Shown: piece after piece, positions 25,351 through 37,299 of the stretch | Numbering within the stretch: the first letter of the stretch is position 1 | Layout of the letters: the number at the start of each line of letters is the position of its first letter | Translations under genes and position numbers: made by a program | The notes under the pieces: generated by a model | The model's database searches: none | Told to the model about the DNA's origin: nothing | The model's input: only the letters and a program-made list of their open reading frames with translations | Source: Octopus bimaculoides | Taxonomy: Eukaryota | DNA: 45,307 bases | Reading direction: 5' to 3' | Assembly: GCF_001194135.2 (NCBI RefSeq) | Contig: NC_068984.1 | Location: forward strand, 77,398,051-77,443,357

Positions 25351-26364
25351 AGCGAAAGAATTATGAGAACGGAACCAAGGGATAAGCCCCGCTTTCCCGG
25401 GAATTACCTGGTACGTCGGCTGAGATGTGAGTTCGAGTCTCATAGCTAGCCGACTACACTTTTTTCTGCAAAATAGGGGTAGTTTATCCTGTTCAGGCTA
25501 TATCATTAGCATCATCCTGCGATTGAGAATTTAAATATCACTTCTTTAACTTTCTAAGACATCTCAACGCTTCTAAAAGCAAACTTTGTTTGTTTGTTTA
25601 CGTTTATCGTAATTTGAATTTAACANNNNNNNNNNNNNNNNNNNNNNNNNNNNNNNNNNNNNNNNNNNNNNNNNNNNNNNNNNNNNNNNNNNNNNNNNNN
25701 NNNNNNNNNNNNNNNNNNNNNNNNNNNNNNATATATATATATATAGCCGCACGCACACACACACACACACACACAAAACACATACACACATACGAGAATA
25801 CACGCATACAATCATACATCTTTCTACTAGTTTCAGATATTGAATTTCGGCCATGCTGGGGGTTTCATGTCAATTAAATAGCTGTATTTTGAGCGCATGC
25901 GTGTGTGCATGTGTTACGTACTGCTTGTGTGTCTATATGTGTGTTTGTGTATGCGTGTGTGCGTGCGTACGTGTGAGTGTGTTTCTGTGTGTGTGTTTCT
26001 GTGTGTGTGTTTGTATTCAAGTACTTTACATGCGGAAACAAATACTTAGCATTTAACCACTCATCTCATCGCATATTTTGCAGGTGTGTTCTTCTTTGAC
26101 TAATAAAGAACTTCATTTACCAAATTCTTGATATTTTCATTTCCGGTGCCGGCTAAATTATGTTTGCCACAAAATCAGTCATTGGCTTGTGTAAAGCAGC
26201 TTCTATATTTGTATAAATAACTTGTACTGTCTAACACATCCCATCTGGCATGCTGCTGTGTTCCATACGCTACCTGCATACATACATATATACATACACA
26301 TATGTATACATATATATGTATGTATGTTCAATATGTGAGTGCGATATATATATATACATTTGTT

Positions 26365-26570
26365 AATCCTTCTCACCGATTGACAACTAGTGCTGGTTTG
26401 TTTACGTCACCGTAACATGGTGGTTTCACAAGAATAAGAACCGCATATAATAAGTACGAGACTTACAAAATAAGTACCGAAGGAAGTTTGATTGATTAAA
26501 CTCTTCAAGCGGTTCCCTAACGTGGCCGCGGTCTAATGACTGAGGCGAGTGACAGATGAAAGACAAAAGT
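26365..26570 (+). mobile_element. SINE family A, decayed 3' half
   Basis: ttgacaactagtgctggtttgtttacgtc...cgtggccgcggtctaatgactga. Confidence 0.7.
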
Positions 26571-26691
26571 ATGTTTTTGCTAGTTTCTACTACTTTTTAG
26601 CGTTGGCTTTGCGTTTTACCCAGAATATTCTAAAATTTTTTCTTAATCAACAAGTTTTCAACTCTGTATAGTCGAGTGTGTTTTACAGAGC

Positions 26692-26906
26692 ATTTTCTTT
26701 TCTACTCTAGACACAAAGCCCGAAATTTTGGGGGGAGGGGCCAGTTGATTAGATCGACCCCAGTACGGAACTAGTACTTAATTTATTGACACTGAAAGGA
26801 TGAAAAGCAAAAATCGACCTCGGCGTAATTTGAACTTAGAACATCAAGACAAGAAATGCTGCCGAGCATTTCGCCCAGCGTCCTAACATTTCTGCCAGCT
26901 CGCCGC
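26692..26906 (-). mobile_element. SINE family B
   Basis: Same head, core and tail variant as the copies at 10763 and 20177. Confidence 0.83.
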
Positions 26907-26984
26907 GTTCGTTTACAAAGTACTTTAATAATCTTTTTCTTGTTTTGATACAAATGTTTTTTGATGTAAATATCTTTGACGTCT

Positions 26985-27120
26985 CCGCTGAGGTCGGCTT
27001 TGCTTTTCATCCTTTCGAGGTTGATAAATTAAGTACCAGTTGCATACTGCAGTCGATCTAATCGACTGGCCCCCTTCTCAAAAATTTCGGGTCTTATGCC
27101 TAAAGTAGAAAAGAATATTT
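26985..27120 (+). mobile_element. SINE family B, 3' part
   Basis: ccgctgaggtcggctttgcttttcatcctttcgagg...aaaatttcgggtcttatgcctaaagtagaaaagaat. Confidence 0.8.
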
Positions 27121-27127
27121 TTGACGT

Positions 27128-27278
27128 CTTCCAAGTTTACTTCCCAACATGGTTTCGGATTCAGACTCACTGCGTGGCACGTTGGGAAAATGTATTTTAC
27201 ACTAATCCCGAGCTGATCAAAGCCTTGTGAGTGGATTTGGTACACTGAAACTGAAAGAAGTCCGTCATATATACATGT

Positions 27279-27300
<22 letters not shown>
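27128..27300 (+). mobile_element. SINE family A, 5' half
   Basis: cactgcgtggcacgttggg...aaagccttgtgagtggatttgg..aaactgaaagaag, followed by a microsatellite. Confidence 0.75.
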
Positions 27301-27317
<17 letters not shown>

Positions 27318-27346
27318 GAAAAAAATTAAGGTACTCAGAAATCTGG

Positions 27347-27508
27347 ATGTTTGTACATTTACAGATTTTTATTAATGTCACATATTAAATAAAGCGCTTT
27401 TCACCTAATCGTGTAAGATTTTCATTGTTTTGAAAATCTTACACGATTAGGTGAAAAGCGCTTTATTTAATATGTGACATTAATAAAAATCTGTAAATGT
27501 ACAAACAT
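27347..27508. repeat. Perfect palindrome with 78-bp arms and a 6-nt loop, running into an N-gap
   Basis: 27347-27424 is the exact reverse complement of 27431-27508. The loop is ttgttt and the gap starts at 27509. Confidence 0.95.
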
Positions 27509-28183
27509 NNNNNNNNNNNNNNNNNNNNNNNNNNNNNNNNNNNNNNNNNNNNNNNNNNNNNNNNNNNNNNNNNNNNNNNNNNNNNNNNNNNNNNNNNNNN
27601 NNNNNNNNNNNNNNNNNNNNNNNNNNNNNNNNNNNNNNNNNNNNNNNNNNNNNNNNNNNNNNNNNNNNNNNNNNNNNNNNNNNNNNNNNNNNNNNNNNNN
27701 NNNNNNNNNNNNNNNNNNNNNNNNNNNNNNNNNNNNNNNNNNNNNNNNNNNNNNNNNNNNNNNNNNNNNNNNNNGGTAGTTTTTTTTTACTTATTTAGTC
27801 CATCGATAGCGTGAGGCATTAATACACAGTTAATGCCCTTTATATATATTTAAATATATCTATGAAGAAACGATGAATCTTTTCATTACGAAATTTTTCG
27901 TTATTTTTTCATTATGAGGTTTTTTCACGCTGACTACTTGATAAATTCTTATAAAGAATTTATCCTATATTATATTATGTATGTATGTATGTATGTATGT
28001 ATATATATATAGCTATGTGCGTGTGTCTCCTTGTGTTTGTCTCCTACCACCGCTTGACAATTTGTGTTTGTTTACACTGATCGTCATATAGCTTATTAGG
28101 TTTATAATTCTAAACTATAAGCAGAGCAGAGATGCTTTTAGTTGTGAGTAATGCAGGTAATGGACATAAACAATTTCATTTAA

Positions 28184-28415
28184 GGCGGCGAGCTGGCAGA
28201 AACGTTAGCACGCCGGGCGAAATGTTTATCGGTATTTCGTCTGCCGTTTCGCTCTGAGTTCAAATTCCGCCGAGGTCGTCTTTGCCTTTCATCCTTTCGG
28301 AGTCGATAAATTAAGTACCAGTTACGCACTGGGGTCGATGCAATCGACTTAATCCTTTTGTGTGTCCTTGTTTGTCCTCTCTATGATTAGCCCCTTGTGG
28401 GCTATAAATAATAAA
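28184..28415 (+). mobile_element. SINE family B, full length with a possible TSD
   Basis: A-box-like tggcagaaacgttagc and B-box-like gagttcaaattcc. Flanked by atttcattt at 28173-28181 and 28418-28426. Confidence 0.9.
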
Positions 28416-28560
28416 CTATTTCATTTCAAAGTCTATTAATAGTTCTTCGTTGCGGTTATATATATTTTTTTTTTATGATTCTGCTTATTTGCACCAGTAT
28501 TCATTCCACCTTTCATTGAATTTATTGTCATTGCTGCTTTTAATACTTTGCTACAATTAA

Positions 28561-28755
28561 GGCGGCGAGCTGGCAGAATCGTTAGCACGCCGGGCAAAAT
28601 GCTGAGCGGCGTTTCGTCCGTCTTTATGTTCTGAGTTTAAATTCCGCTTTTAGGGGTCGATAAAATAAGTACCATTTGAGCACTGTGGTCGAAGTAACCG
28701 ATTTACTTCGCACGTCAAATTTACTGGCCTTGTGTCAAAATTTGAAACGAATATT
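28561..28755 (+). mobile_element. SINE family B with an internal deletion
   Basis: ggcggcgagctggcagaatcgttagcacgccggg...ggggtcgataaaataagtacc...gtgtcaaaatttgaaac. Confidence 0.85.
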
Positions 28756-28849
28756 TTGCTATCATTTGAAGCTTCAATGATTTTATGTATTTATTCCATT
28801 TTGATATAGTTTCTTCATGATCAAACAGTATATTTCCATTGCTAATATG

Positions 28850-30050
28850 TTTAAGTCATATGTTTACCGCTTGTTATCCCATTTATTTTACCATAAATTT
28901 CTTCATATTCATGCAGTATATTAAGTTTTTCAACTTCTTGGCATTGATCATTCAACCATTTGGTATTGATTGTTTGTTGTTTTTGCTACTTCTGTACTTT
29001 CATACGTGTTCTTTTTGAATTTTCCTGTCAGTCATGAACTTTATTCTAGTATTTCTTTCTTACGGTCATTTTCTTTTAATAAAAGTTCGTCAGTCATTCA
29101 TTCATTTTATTTTATTTTATTTTTCTCTTTCAGTCAGTGGTTTTGTTAGTGATGTTTGCATACAAGTTTCGCGTTCCATTCTTACCTTTTTTTTTTATTC
29201 TTTATTACGTGATACTTGTATTTCTTTGTTGTGCAAACAATCATTTTTATTTTTATATTACAATTCTGTTTATATTCTGTCTGCTTTAGCAAGTTTAAGT
29301 TTTAATTGTTCTCGTCTCCTAAATTTCTTACGCTTGGTTTGTAATTTAATTACCACTGGTTTATAGTCTGCACTGATATCTTCTCCAGGGTAAGTATTAA
29401 TAAGTTTCACACCGTTTCTGAATTGTTGGTTTATCGAGATTTATAATGAATGTGATTTCTTGTTATGCTACCTGGATTATTCAACGTGTATGATATTCTT
29501 TATTGCTGAAATAAAATGTTAGCAACTGATAAACAATTTCTTTCACAAAAATAGATCATTCGGTTGCCTCTTTCATCTCTTCCATCTAATCCATATTCAC
29601 CCGTTATATTTTCGGTATTTTCTTTGCTCTCTTTTGCATTAAAACATTGCGTTGTAACTGAGGTTTCTTTAGCTTTGCTATATTATAATACATTTAGAAT
29701 TTTCTGGTAAGCATCTTCTGTCTCTTCATCATGATGGTCTTATGTAGAATGTGCAGCAGTGTGATATTGTTACTGTGAGGTTTTCCTTGTAGTTTCATTA
29801 TAAGCAATATAACTGAAATTCTCAAATATCCAATTTCTACTTTTGCTACAGTGTCGTTCATTATTATACCTACTGTTTTCTTATGTTCTTTTCCACCAGA
29901 CTGTATGATTTTCTATTGCAATTTTTCTGTCATCCGTTCATTTAGTTTTAGTCATTCCCATAATGTGAATTTGTTTTGTTTTGTTTTCTTTTGTTTCATG
30001 AATAAGCTTGTTAAATTTTCCATAGTTTTATAACGTTCTTTTGATGCAAG
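28850..30050 (-). mobile_element. Decayed RTE-like LINE, APE endonuclease region
   Basis: Minus-strand motifs: SGGKEHKKTVGIIMN, GEYGLDGRDERGNRMIYFCERN, TYPGEDISADYKPVV. Numerous stops. Confidence 0.7.
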
Positions 30051-30265
30051 TTCCTATTTATTTTGATGCAAGAAGAGTTATTCCTAGTTTTCAGTACACC
30101 ATACATGTAATTCAGCATAATTAACCATCCTAATAGTTTCGGTCACAATCACCAACAGCTATAGTGTTGAATTCATCTCTTCTTCCCTATGGTTAGTATT
30201 TGGATCAGCAGCTTAGAATCCAGCTTCACCATCGTTTGCCTTTCATCATCTAGTATCATACACAG

Positions 30266-30420
30266 TGAAGGTGCGTGGCCTAGTTGTTAGGGTATGGGTC
30301 TCATGATTATAGTTGTAGATTTGATTCCTGGAGCAAGTGTAGTATTGTTTCCTTGGACAAAGTATTTTATCTTATGTTCCCCCATTCATCTCGGTTGAAA
30401 GTGAGTACCAGCTAAGCGCT
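30266..30420 (+). mobile_element. SINE family C head, decayed
   Basis: gaaggtgcgtggcctagttgttaggg (A-box-like), ...ttgattcctgg..., tccttggacaaagtattttat. Confidence 0.55.
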
Positions 30421-31184
30421 GGTGCTACCTTCTCTTCTACCTTGATGTCCCACTAGATCAAAGAAAATATCTATGCTTGCTCCTAACTCTAAAACTGTTA
30501 GTGAAAGCATGGTACATGTTACCAGGTCATACACGTTTGCTATAACGTCTATGAATTTTTTCTAACACTATCCATTGATAACTAAGGATACATATATGAG
30601 CATTTAACCCATTTTGAGCTATCTGACCGTCAGCACTTCTACACCTGAGGAGATTTTTGGACATACTACATACCTCGCTTCATGCTGCCAGTACCATTGA
30701 TGTTCGATTCGATTTATCGATATCTTTTGCCATTCCAATTTTCGTGCACTTTAGTGGAGACGCTTCGTACACAGAAGATCTCCAGAAACTGCAAACACTT
30801 TACTTGATTTAACTATCCAACCGAAGAAAGATACTGTGATGCAGCTACCTATATGCACTACAAATATTTTTGCCCCATAAGTGTTAGTTGACGAGATTTG
30901 GAAGGTGAACGCTCTTATTCTCCATCCATTTTGACTAAGATGGAATACTGTAACAAAGCTGCCTTTCTTCATCCTCACAAGACTCATTCACACAAACTTA
31001 CATATAAACATATAAGTGAATGTGTGTGTGCGCGCGCACGCGCGTGCGTGTATTTGTATTTATGTGTATATGTTTTTCTATATATGCATATATACAGCTT
31101 ACATGATCATCTAAGTGTATATAGCCGTGTATATATGTACATATGTTTATATAAACATAAATATGTGCCAATTCTTTTACTTGT

Positions 31185-31375
31185 TCAAGTTATTTGACTG
31201 CAGCCACGCTGCATACTGGAGCACCACCTTGAGGTGTTTTAGTCAAACAAATTGATCCCAGGACTTGATTTTCAAGCCTAGTACTTATTCTATAGGTCTC
31301 TTTATCCGAACTACTAAGTTACAGAGGACGTAAACACACTAATACCGGTTGTCAAGCAGTGATGGGGAAAAACAC
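31185..31375 (-). mobile_element. SINE family A, 3' half
   Basis: Reverse complement of the family A tail: cttgacaaccggtattagtgtgtttacgtcctctgtaacttag. Confidence 0.78.
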
Positions 31376-31383
31376 ACACACAA

Positions 31384-31453
<70 letters not shown>

Positions 31454-33254
31454 NNNNNNNNNNNNNNNNNNNNNNNNNNNNNNNNNNNNNNNNNNNNNNN
31501 NNNNNNNNNNNNNNNNNNNNNNNNNNNNNNNNNNNNNNNNNNNNNNNNNNNNNNNNNNNNNNNNNNNNNNNNNNNNNNNNNNNNNNNNNNNNNNNNNNNN
31601 NNNTGAGGGCTGTGTGTATACACCCACTGTATGTACTTTACTTCTGTATGTGTGTGTATGCATGCATGTTTGTATATATATATATATATATATATACATG
31701 TGTGTGTGTGTGTGTGTGTGTGTAAATATATGCGCATCTATACTGCTTCCGTCTATCTCGTTTTACACACAATGCTCAAGTCTCTCTGATACTATGGTAA
31801 AAACATTTAATATGTCGCGAAGGCTTTAAAAGAACATAAAATCTGGTATCAGTTCATACGACTAAAGATTCTTGAAGGCGGTACCCTAGCATGGTCACTG
31901 TCTAATGGCTGGAACAAGTAAAAGATAACAAAATATATGTGAGCGCGCAGAAATAAATTTATTGATTTGTGTCGATAGATAACTCGTTGAATACATAGTG
32001 TTGTTGCTGCTGGCTTCGTAGCTATTGCTGCTGTTATTGTTGTTCTTGTTGTTGTCGTTGTTTTTGCTGTATCTGTCGTTGTTGTTTGTTATTGTTGGTG
32101 TGTTATTGCTTTTCATCGTTCAAAGGTGTTTCAGTCCCAGTTCTTTTGTATATCTAACAATTACATTGGCCAGTTCTAACCTTTGCTTTCAAAATATGAC
32201 ATGAGTAGAAAAATTGTGGCTGCTATTTCTAACAGATCAAGCGACCGTATGAAAGCCGAAATGAATATGTATGTCATTATTCAGTTTTATTTCAAGATTT
32301 TTTTTGCTAACAGAGAAAGAGCCGGTTTCTAACCTAGATCCGAGACTCCTTCATTGGAATTTCAACATCAAAAGTGTATTTGTGCATGCAGATATGTGTA
32401 TGTGCAGTATTTGGAGTCGGCGCATGTGCATATTTGTATGTTTTGTTTTATGTATTCTCATGCATATAGTTGCAAGTCTAGACATGCGCATACATCCATA
32501 GATCCATACAAGTATGTATGTATGTATGTATGTATGTATGTATGTATATGTGTATGTGTGTATGTATGTTTGCTTGTTTGTTTGTCTTTTTGTTCGTATG
32601 CAGATAGGTTGGTAAATCAGCTTTGTTGGTGGAAAAAATACATAAATAAAAACCAGACGGCCTGCGGTCGAGTGTGTGTGTGTGCGTACATGTACATGAA
32701 AGTGCGCTTGTGTATGTGTGTATGTCTGTGTGTTCGTCTACAAGCACTCGACATTTCAACATTTAACTCAACACTATAACAATTGTTAACATTATACCAT
32801 TAGCCTTTTACAAACATCTCTCTGCTATTTAAAGAAACTACAATGTCTGAATCCATGTTGCGATGCTGCAGAGGAAGCTGTTGTGTATCTGTCATCGTCG
32901 TCATTATTGTTGTGACGTAATATCTGTTATTGTTTAGCTTCCAGTCAGTTCTGTTCAAGTAGATCACTTGATCAAAGGCATTCCGTCTGTGACATACCTA
33001 TGAGAAGAAAATCAAAAGTATATCTCTACTTTTATCTGTAGAGAACCCAGGAGCAATGTTCATTTTCCAAGACGGTAGGGTATAATTTAAGACATCTGAC
33101 TGATACTTTTAGCAGATCGTGTAACTTCACAGCGACTCTCTCGCCTCGCTTATCTTTTTTTTTTTCGCTATGTTTCTAAAACTAAAATATTAATCATATG
33201 TTAATAATTTTATATTAACCTTAAGCTATTCGTATATTACTATTATCACAATTT

Positions 33255-33697
33255 AAGGTGGTAATCTGGCAGAATAGTTAGCACATCGGGCGAAAAATGT
33301 TTAGTGGCATTTCGTTCGTCTTTATGTTCTAAGTTCAAATTTCAGCGAGGTCGACTTTACCTTTCACCCTTTTGGGTCGATAGAATAAGTTCCAGTTGAC
33401 CACTGTAATCGACTAACCCGGTCCCCCAAAAGTGCTGGCCTTAAGCCAAAAGTTGAAATCAATATTACGGTCAATTCAGGGCGGTGAGCTAGCAGAATCG
33501 TTAGCACATTGGGCAAAAGTCTTAGCAGCATTTCGTCCTTCTTCAAGTTCTGAGTTCAAATTCCGCTGAAGTAGACTTTACCTTTTATCTTTTCGGGGTC
33601 GATAAAATAAGTGCCAGTTGAGTACTGGGGTGTATGTAATAAACTTACAATTTCCACCAAAGTTGCTGACCTTGTGCCAAAATTTGAAATCAAAATT
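33255..33697 (+). mobile_element. Two tandem SINE family B copies (33255-33465 and 33479-33697)
   Basis: Two head-core-tail units separated by ~13 bp. Confidence 0.82.
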
Positions 33698-34057
33698 ATG
33701 GCAGTTTTAACATAATCTTATTCTGATCTTATTCTAATTTTATCTGATCATTGTAAAATCACAGATGGCCTCGTCATCAACGCCTCCGTTGCCATCACCA
33801 TCGTCATCGTCGTTTTCCTCGACATCTTATGGCCGCTGTTGTCTTGGTCGTGGTCGTCGTAGTTGTCGTTGTCTAATCCTGGTTATAATCCACAGGTGAT
33901 AAACAAGGTGTGACAGAATATATAAAATGACAAAAGCGCGGCCTCACGGCACATACCCACTATGGCATGATGAGAGGAGGACGGACAGTACCCATTATCT
34001 GTTTACAGAGCCTCTGTGAGAGAAATTGAAGTTATTTTCGAAACAGAAACTAGATTC

Positions 34058-35027
34058 GGATCTTTACCCTTTGAACGGCACATCGAAAAATTAATTTTTT
34101 GTAACTAAACACTTTCAAACTTCGGACACTGGTAGAATATAAAACATCTTTTACTCTTAGTATTGTTGAGAAAAGTTTATATGTTTAAAGTTATTGCGTG
34201 TTAAAGCTGTCGAATTTCGGTAATTTCAACCAAACAATGACGTGTATTCAGCTGAATAAAGTCACTGCTGTTGTTTGTCAGCAACAACTTCCGGCGGTGT
34301 ATATTTCGTTTGTCACTGTTATTTATGACATATTTCATCTCAGTTACGTTTGTATGAATAAACGAGTGTATCTGAAGCATGTTTACTTCATGGCACCACC
34401 ACAATCGTTCGTGCATTTCTACTGCTTTTAGTTTGTTTTTTTTTCCTGTTTTTCAGCTACTATTTTCGGAAAGACATTTTTGCCCCCTTCCCCCTCCAAT
34501 TTCTTCATTTTTCACATTTTTCCGTAACTCTAACCCTAAAATCCCGACTCTAACCCTAGAACGCCAACCTTAACCCTAACCCTAAAACCTTAACCCTAAA
34601 ACGCCAACCCTAACCCTAAAACACTAACCCTAACCCTAACTCTAAAACCCTATCCCTAACCCTGACCCTAAAACCCTAACCCAAACTCTAATACCCTAAC
34701 CCTAACACTAACCCTAAAACCCCAAAGCTAAAACCAGTAGAAAAGCACGAACGATGTCATAAATAACAGTGACAAACGAGATTTACACCGCCGATAGTTG
34801 TTGTTGACAAACAACGGCAGTAATTTTATTCAGCTGAATACACGTCATTGATTGGTTGAAATTACCGAAACACGACAACTTTAACACGCAATAACTTTGA
34901 AAATATAAACTTTTCTCAGCAATACTAAGAGTAAAAGATGTTTTATATTCTACCAGTGTCTGAAGTTTTAAAGTGTTTAGCTACAAAAAATTAATTTCTC
35001 GATGTGCCGTTCAAAGGGAAAAGATCC
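34058..35027. mobile_element. Non-autonomous DNA transposon with ~300-bp TIRs, 8-bp TSD and internal telomere-like repeats (Merlin-like by ends; superfamily unproven)
   Basis: TSD ctagattc at 34050-34057 and 35028-35035. Termini GGATCTTTACCCTTTGAACGGCACATCGA / TCGATGTGCCGTTCAAAGGGAAAAGATCC. The arms align in inverse over 34058-34430 versus 34729-35027, with a ~70-bp insertion in the left arm. Confidence 0.9.
34525..34735 (+). repeat. Degenerate interstitial telomere-like array (TAACCC)n with TAAAACCC variants
   Basis: Repeated taaccc, taaccctaaaa and taactc units, reading TTAGGG on the minus strand. Confidence 0.9.
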
Positions 35028-35560
35028 CTAGATTCGAATATTTGCAATGTGACAGACAGTGCTAAATGTACTGAAGGGCCAGACGAGTGTGTTGAGCCAA
35101 ACAAAGGATCAAGTCCAGCACCTAAAAATAGGAAGAGGACTACCGTCGGGCTTCTGCACAGTTTTCGTCTACCCAACTTTATTTACAAAGTTGTATCAGA
35201 CGACACTTGCCAAATTTGTCGTGCAGTTGTTCTTGCTACGTTTAAAATCATCACATTGTAGTCATCATCAGGGTTGTTGTTGCTGCTACGGTTGTCATCA
35301 TTGTTTTTCTAACTCCAGGTCAGTTTTAATCGAGAAGACTAATGACAAAAATCATTTCAGCTATAACCATTCAATCTTTTATCTATATTAGTTCAGGAAG
35401 CCTAGCACCTCGTTTTCTAACGTGTCTTTTTCTAAGATGGTAATGGAGTGATTTGATGGAGATTTGGATGATATTTTTAGCGTCTCAGCTGATCATACAG
35501 ACGCTCTCTTGGTAGCTCATCAGTTGTTTTTGTTGTTGTTAAAGTTAATTAGCAGCATTA

Positions 35561-35990
35561 AACGGTGAAGTAGCTGGATTGATTGAGCGGTGAAGCCTTG
35601 CTTAAATTTTTCCGTCCATCTTTCCGTTCTGAGTTCAGATTCCACCGAGGTCGACTATGTCTTTCATCCTTTAGGGGTTGATAAAATAAGTATCAGTCAA
35701 GCATTACCCCTCTACGCAAAACCTGCTTTCCCTGTGCCAAAATTTGATACCGCTATTTATCCAAAATAGAGGGCTGTGAGCCGACACTATCATTAGCGCG
35801 TCGTACAAAAAGATTAGCAGCATTTCATCCTGCTCTTCACATTCTGAATTCAAATTCACCCCGAAGTCAGTTTTGCTTTACCCCCCTTCGGGGACGATGA
35901 AATATGTGCCAGTTGAGCACAGGATCGATGTAATCGACTTATCCCCTCCCCTAAAATTACTGACCTTGTGCCAAAATTTCAAACTAATAT
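35561..35990 (+). mobile_element. Two tandem decayed SINE family B copies (35561-35757 and 35770-35990)
   Basis: Two units, each with gagttca(g/a)attc, ggggxxgatxaaata and gtgccaaaattt. Confidence 0.72.
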
Positions 35991-37299
35991 TACTGCAAAA
36001 TACATGTTTTTACCATCTGTCTTGCAATGTTTCATGAGCGATAAAATAAATACCATTCAAGTACTGAGCTCGCTTCGATCCACTAAACCACTTGTTCAAA
36101 TTCCTATTTCTTTTTTTTTCTTTTATTGTCTATGACAGAAGTCATAATTTACATTATTATTGCTATATATCAAATAAATTATTGCAAATTAATGGAACAT
36201 TGGACATGATGGAGATGCATTGCGTAAATATTTTTGTAGACATCTGATTCCAAAATGGCATAAGTGAAACAACTGGCTGTCTGTATTCTTGATTCTGTAA
36301 ATAAATATCTCAGGGTTCGTTTATGTGTATAAAAATAATCAGAAGGATACATCGTGATATGCTAGAAGCAATCTAGCATGGAAACGAGAAATGAGAAAAT
36401 TAAGACTTCTGCAATGAAGCGTAAACGAAAAACAACGTATTCCATGAATCTAATTAATTGTCATTAGAATGTTATGTATAATTTTTCTTTTAACAAGTAA
36501 ATAAAATTTCGAAAGAAATCACAAAATGTCCAACAGCTATAAATAGTGGCGTTTAAAGAAAATTTTTGATTATCCATAAAATATTAATTATTTCATTTAG
36601 TTAACCTAACTTTGTACGAAGAATTGCGTGATTAATTAGAATTTATTGATTGGGCAATTAATTAAGATGTATTGAGTTTCTTATATTTTAGCTTAAACTT
36701 ATTCAAAGTATTGATGTTGTAAAACATAGGGAGTTGCCTGTGGTCCAGTTACCATCCGACAGTTCGATAGATCGTATTTCCTGATCAGTATTTGGATGGT
36801 TTGGGGCGAGTGTACTTAATTTTCACTTCTGGCAAGTTATGATCTCATTAAGGTGGGATGCAAAGATTTTACAGGCCAGTCTCTCTGCAAAGTCTATGAC
36901 ATGCTGGACAACACAGGATCCAGTTGGCTGAAGACCATAAAGTTGGTCATAGGGGTAAAAGAGGTTGCTTTTAAATGGTTGTGGATCCGATGTGAGCCCT
37001 CAAAGGGTAATGCAAGTTCAGGATATTGCTAAATAGATACAAGATAGAGCTTAATTAACTCTTATTGGATATCCTGGATGAGAGTGTTTGAAAAGCCGAA
37101 ACACGCCCAGTGACTCCAGGAACATCATTGCTGATGTCTGGGTGCATCATAGGATGGTTTATGGGAAAAAAAAACTATTTGTAATGTTTAGTTTATGTTC
37201 TTTAATTAATGAGTTTTAACAGGGATATCTATTAATGTTAATTCTAGTTTTCTTTTAAATTTGAAGAAATTAATATGCATTCCCAATAGACCAACAAAT

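Noticed and set aside
30770-30815. LQKLQTLYL leucine-rich-repeat-like peptide
   Set aside because: It is a single unit that ends in a stop, with no neighbouring repeats.
34525-34735. A true telomere or chromosome-fusion scar
   Set aside because: The tract is short, degenerate and single-orientation, and it is enclosed by TIRs and a TSD, so it is transposon cargo.
35004-35261. Cys-containing ORF CNVTDSAKCTEGPDEC
   Set aside because: It starts inside the transposon TIR. The reconstructed empty site has an upstream stop and no splice support.
36788-36930. Frame VFGWFGASVLNFHFWQV...TCWTTQDPVG resembling class B TM4/ECL2
   Set aside because: It lacks the GWGxP proline, the W-to-CW spacing is too long, it is bounded by stops and has no suitable donor.
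37070-37112. cctggatgag...gccgaaac as a Penelope-type hammerhead ribozyme
   Set aside because: The CUGANGA core is disrupted and I could not pair stem II or find stems I and III.
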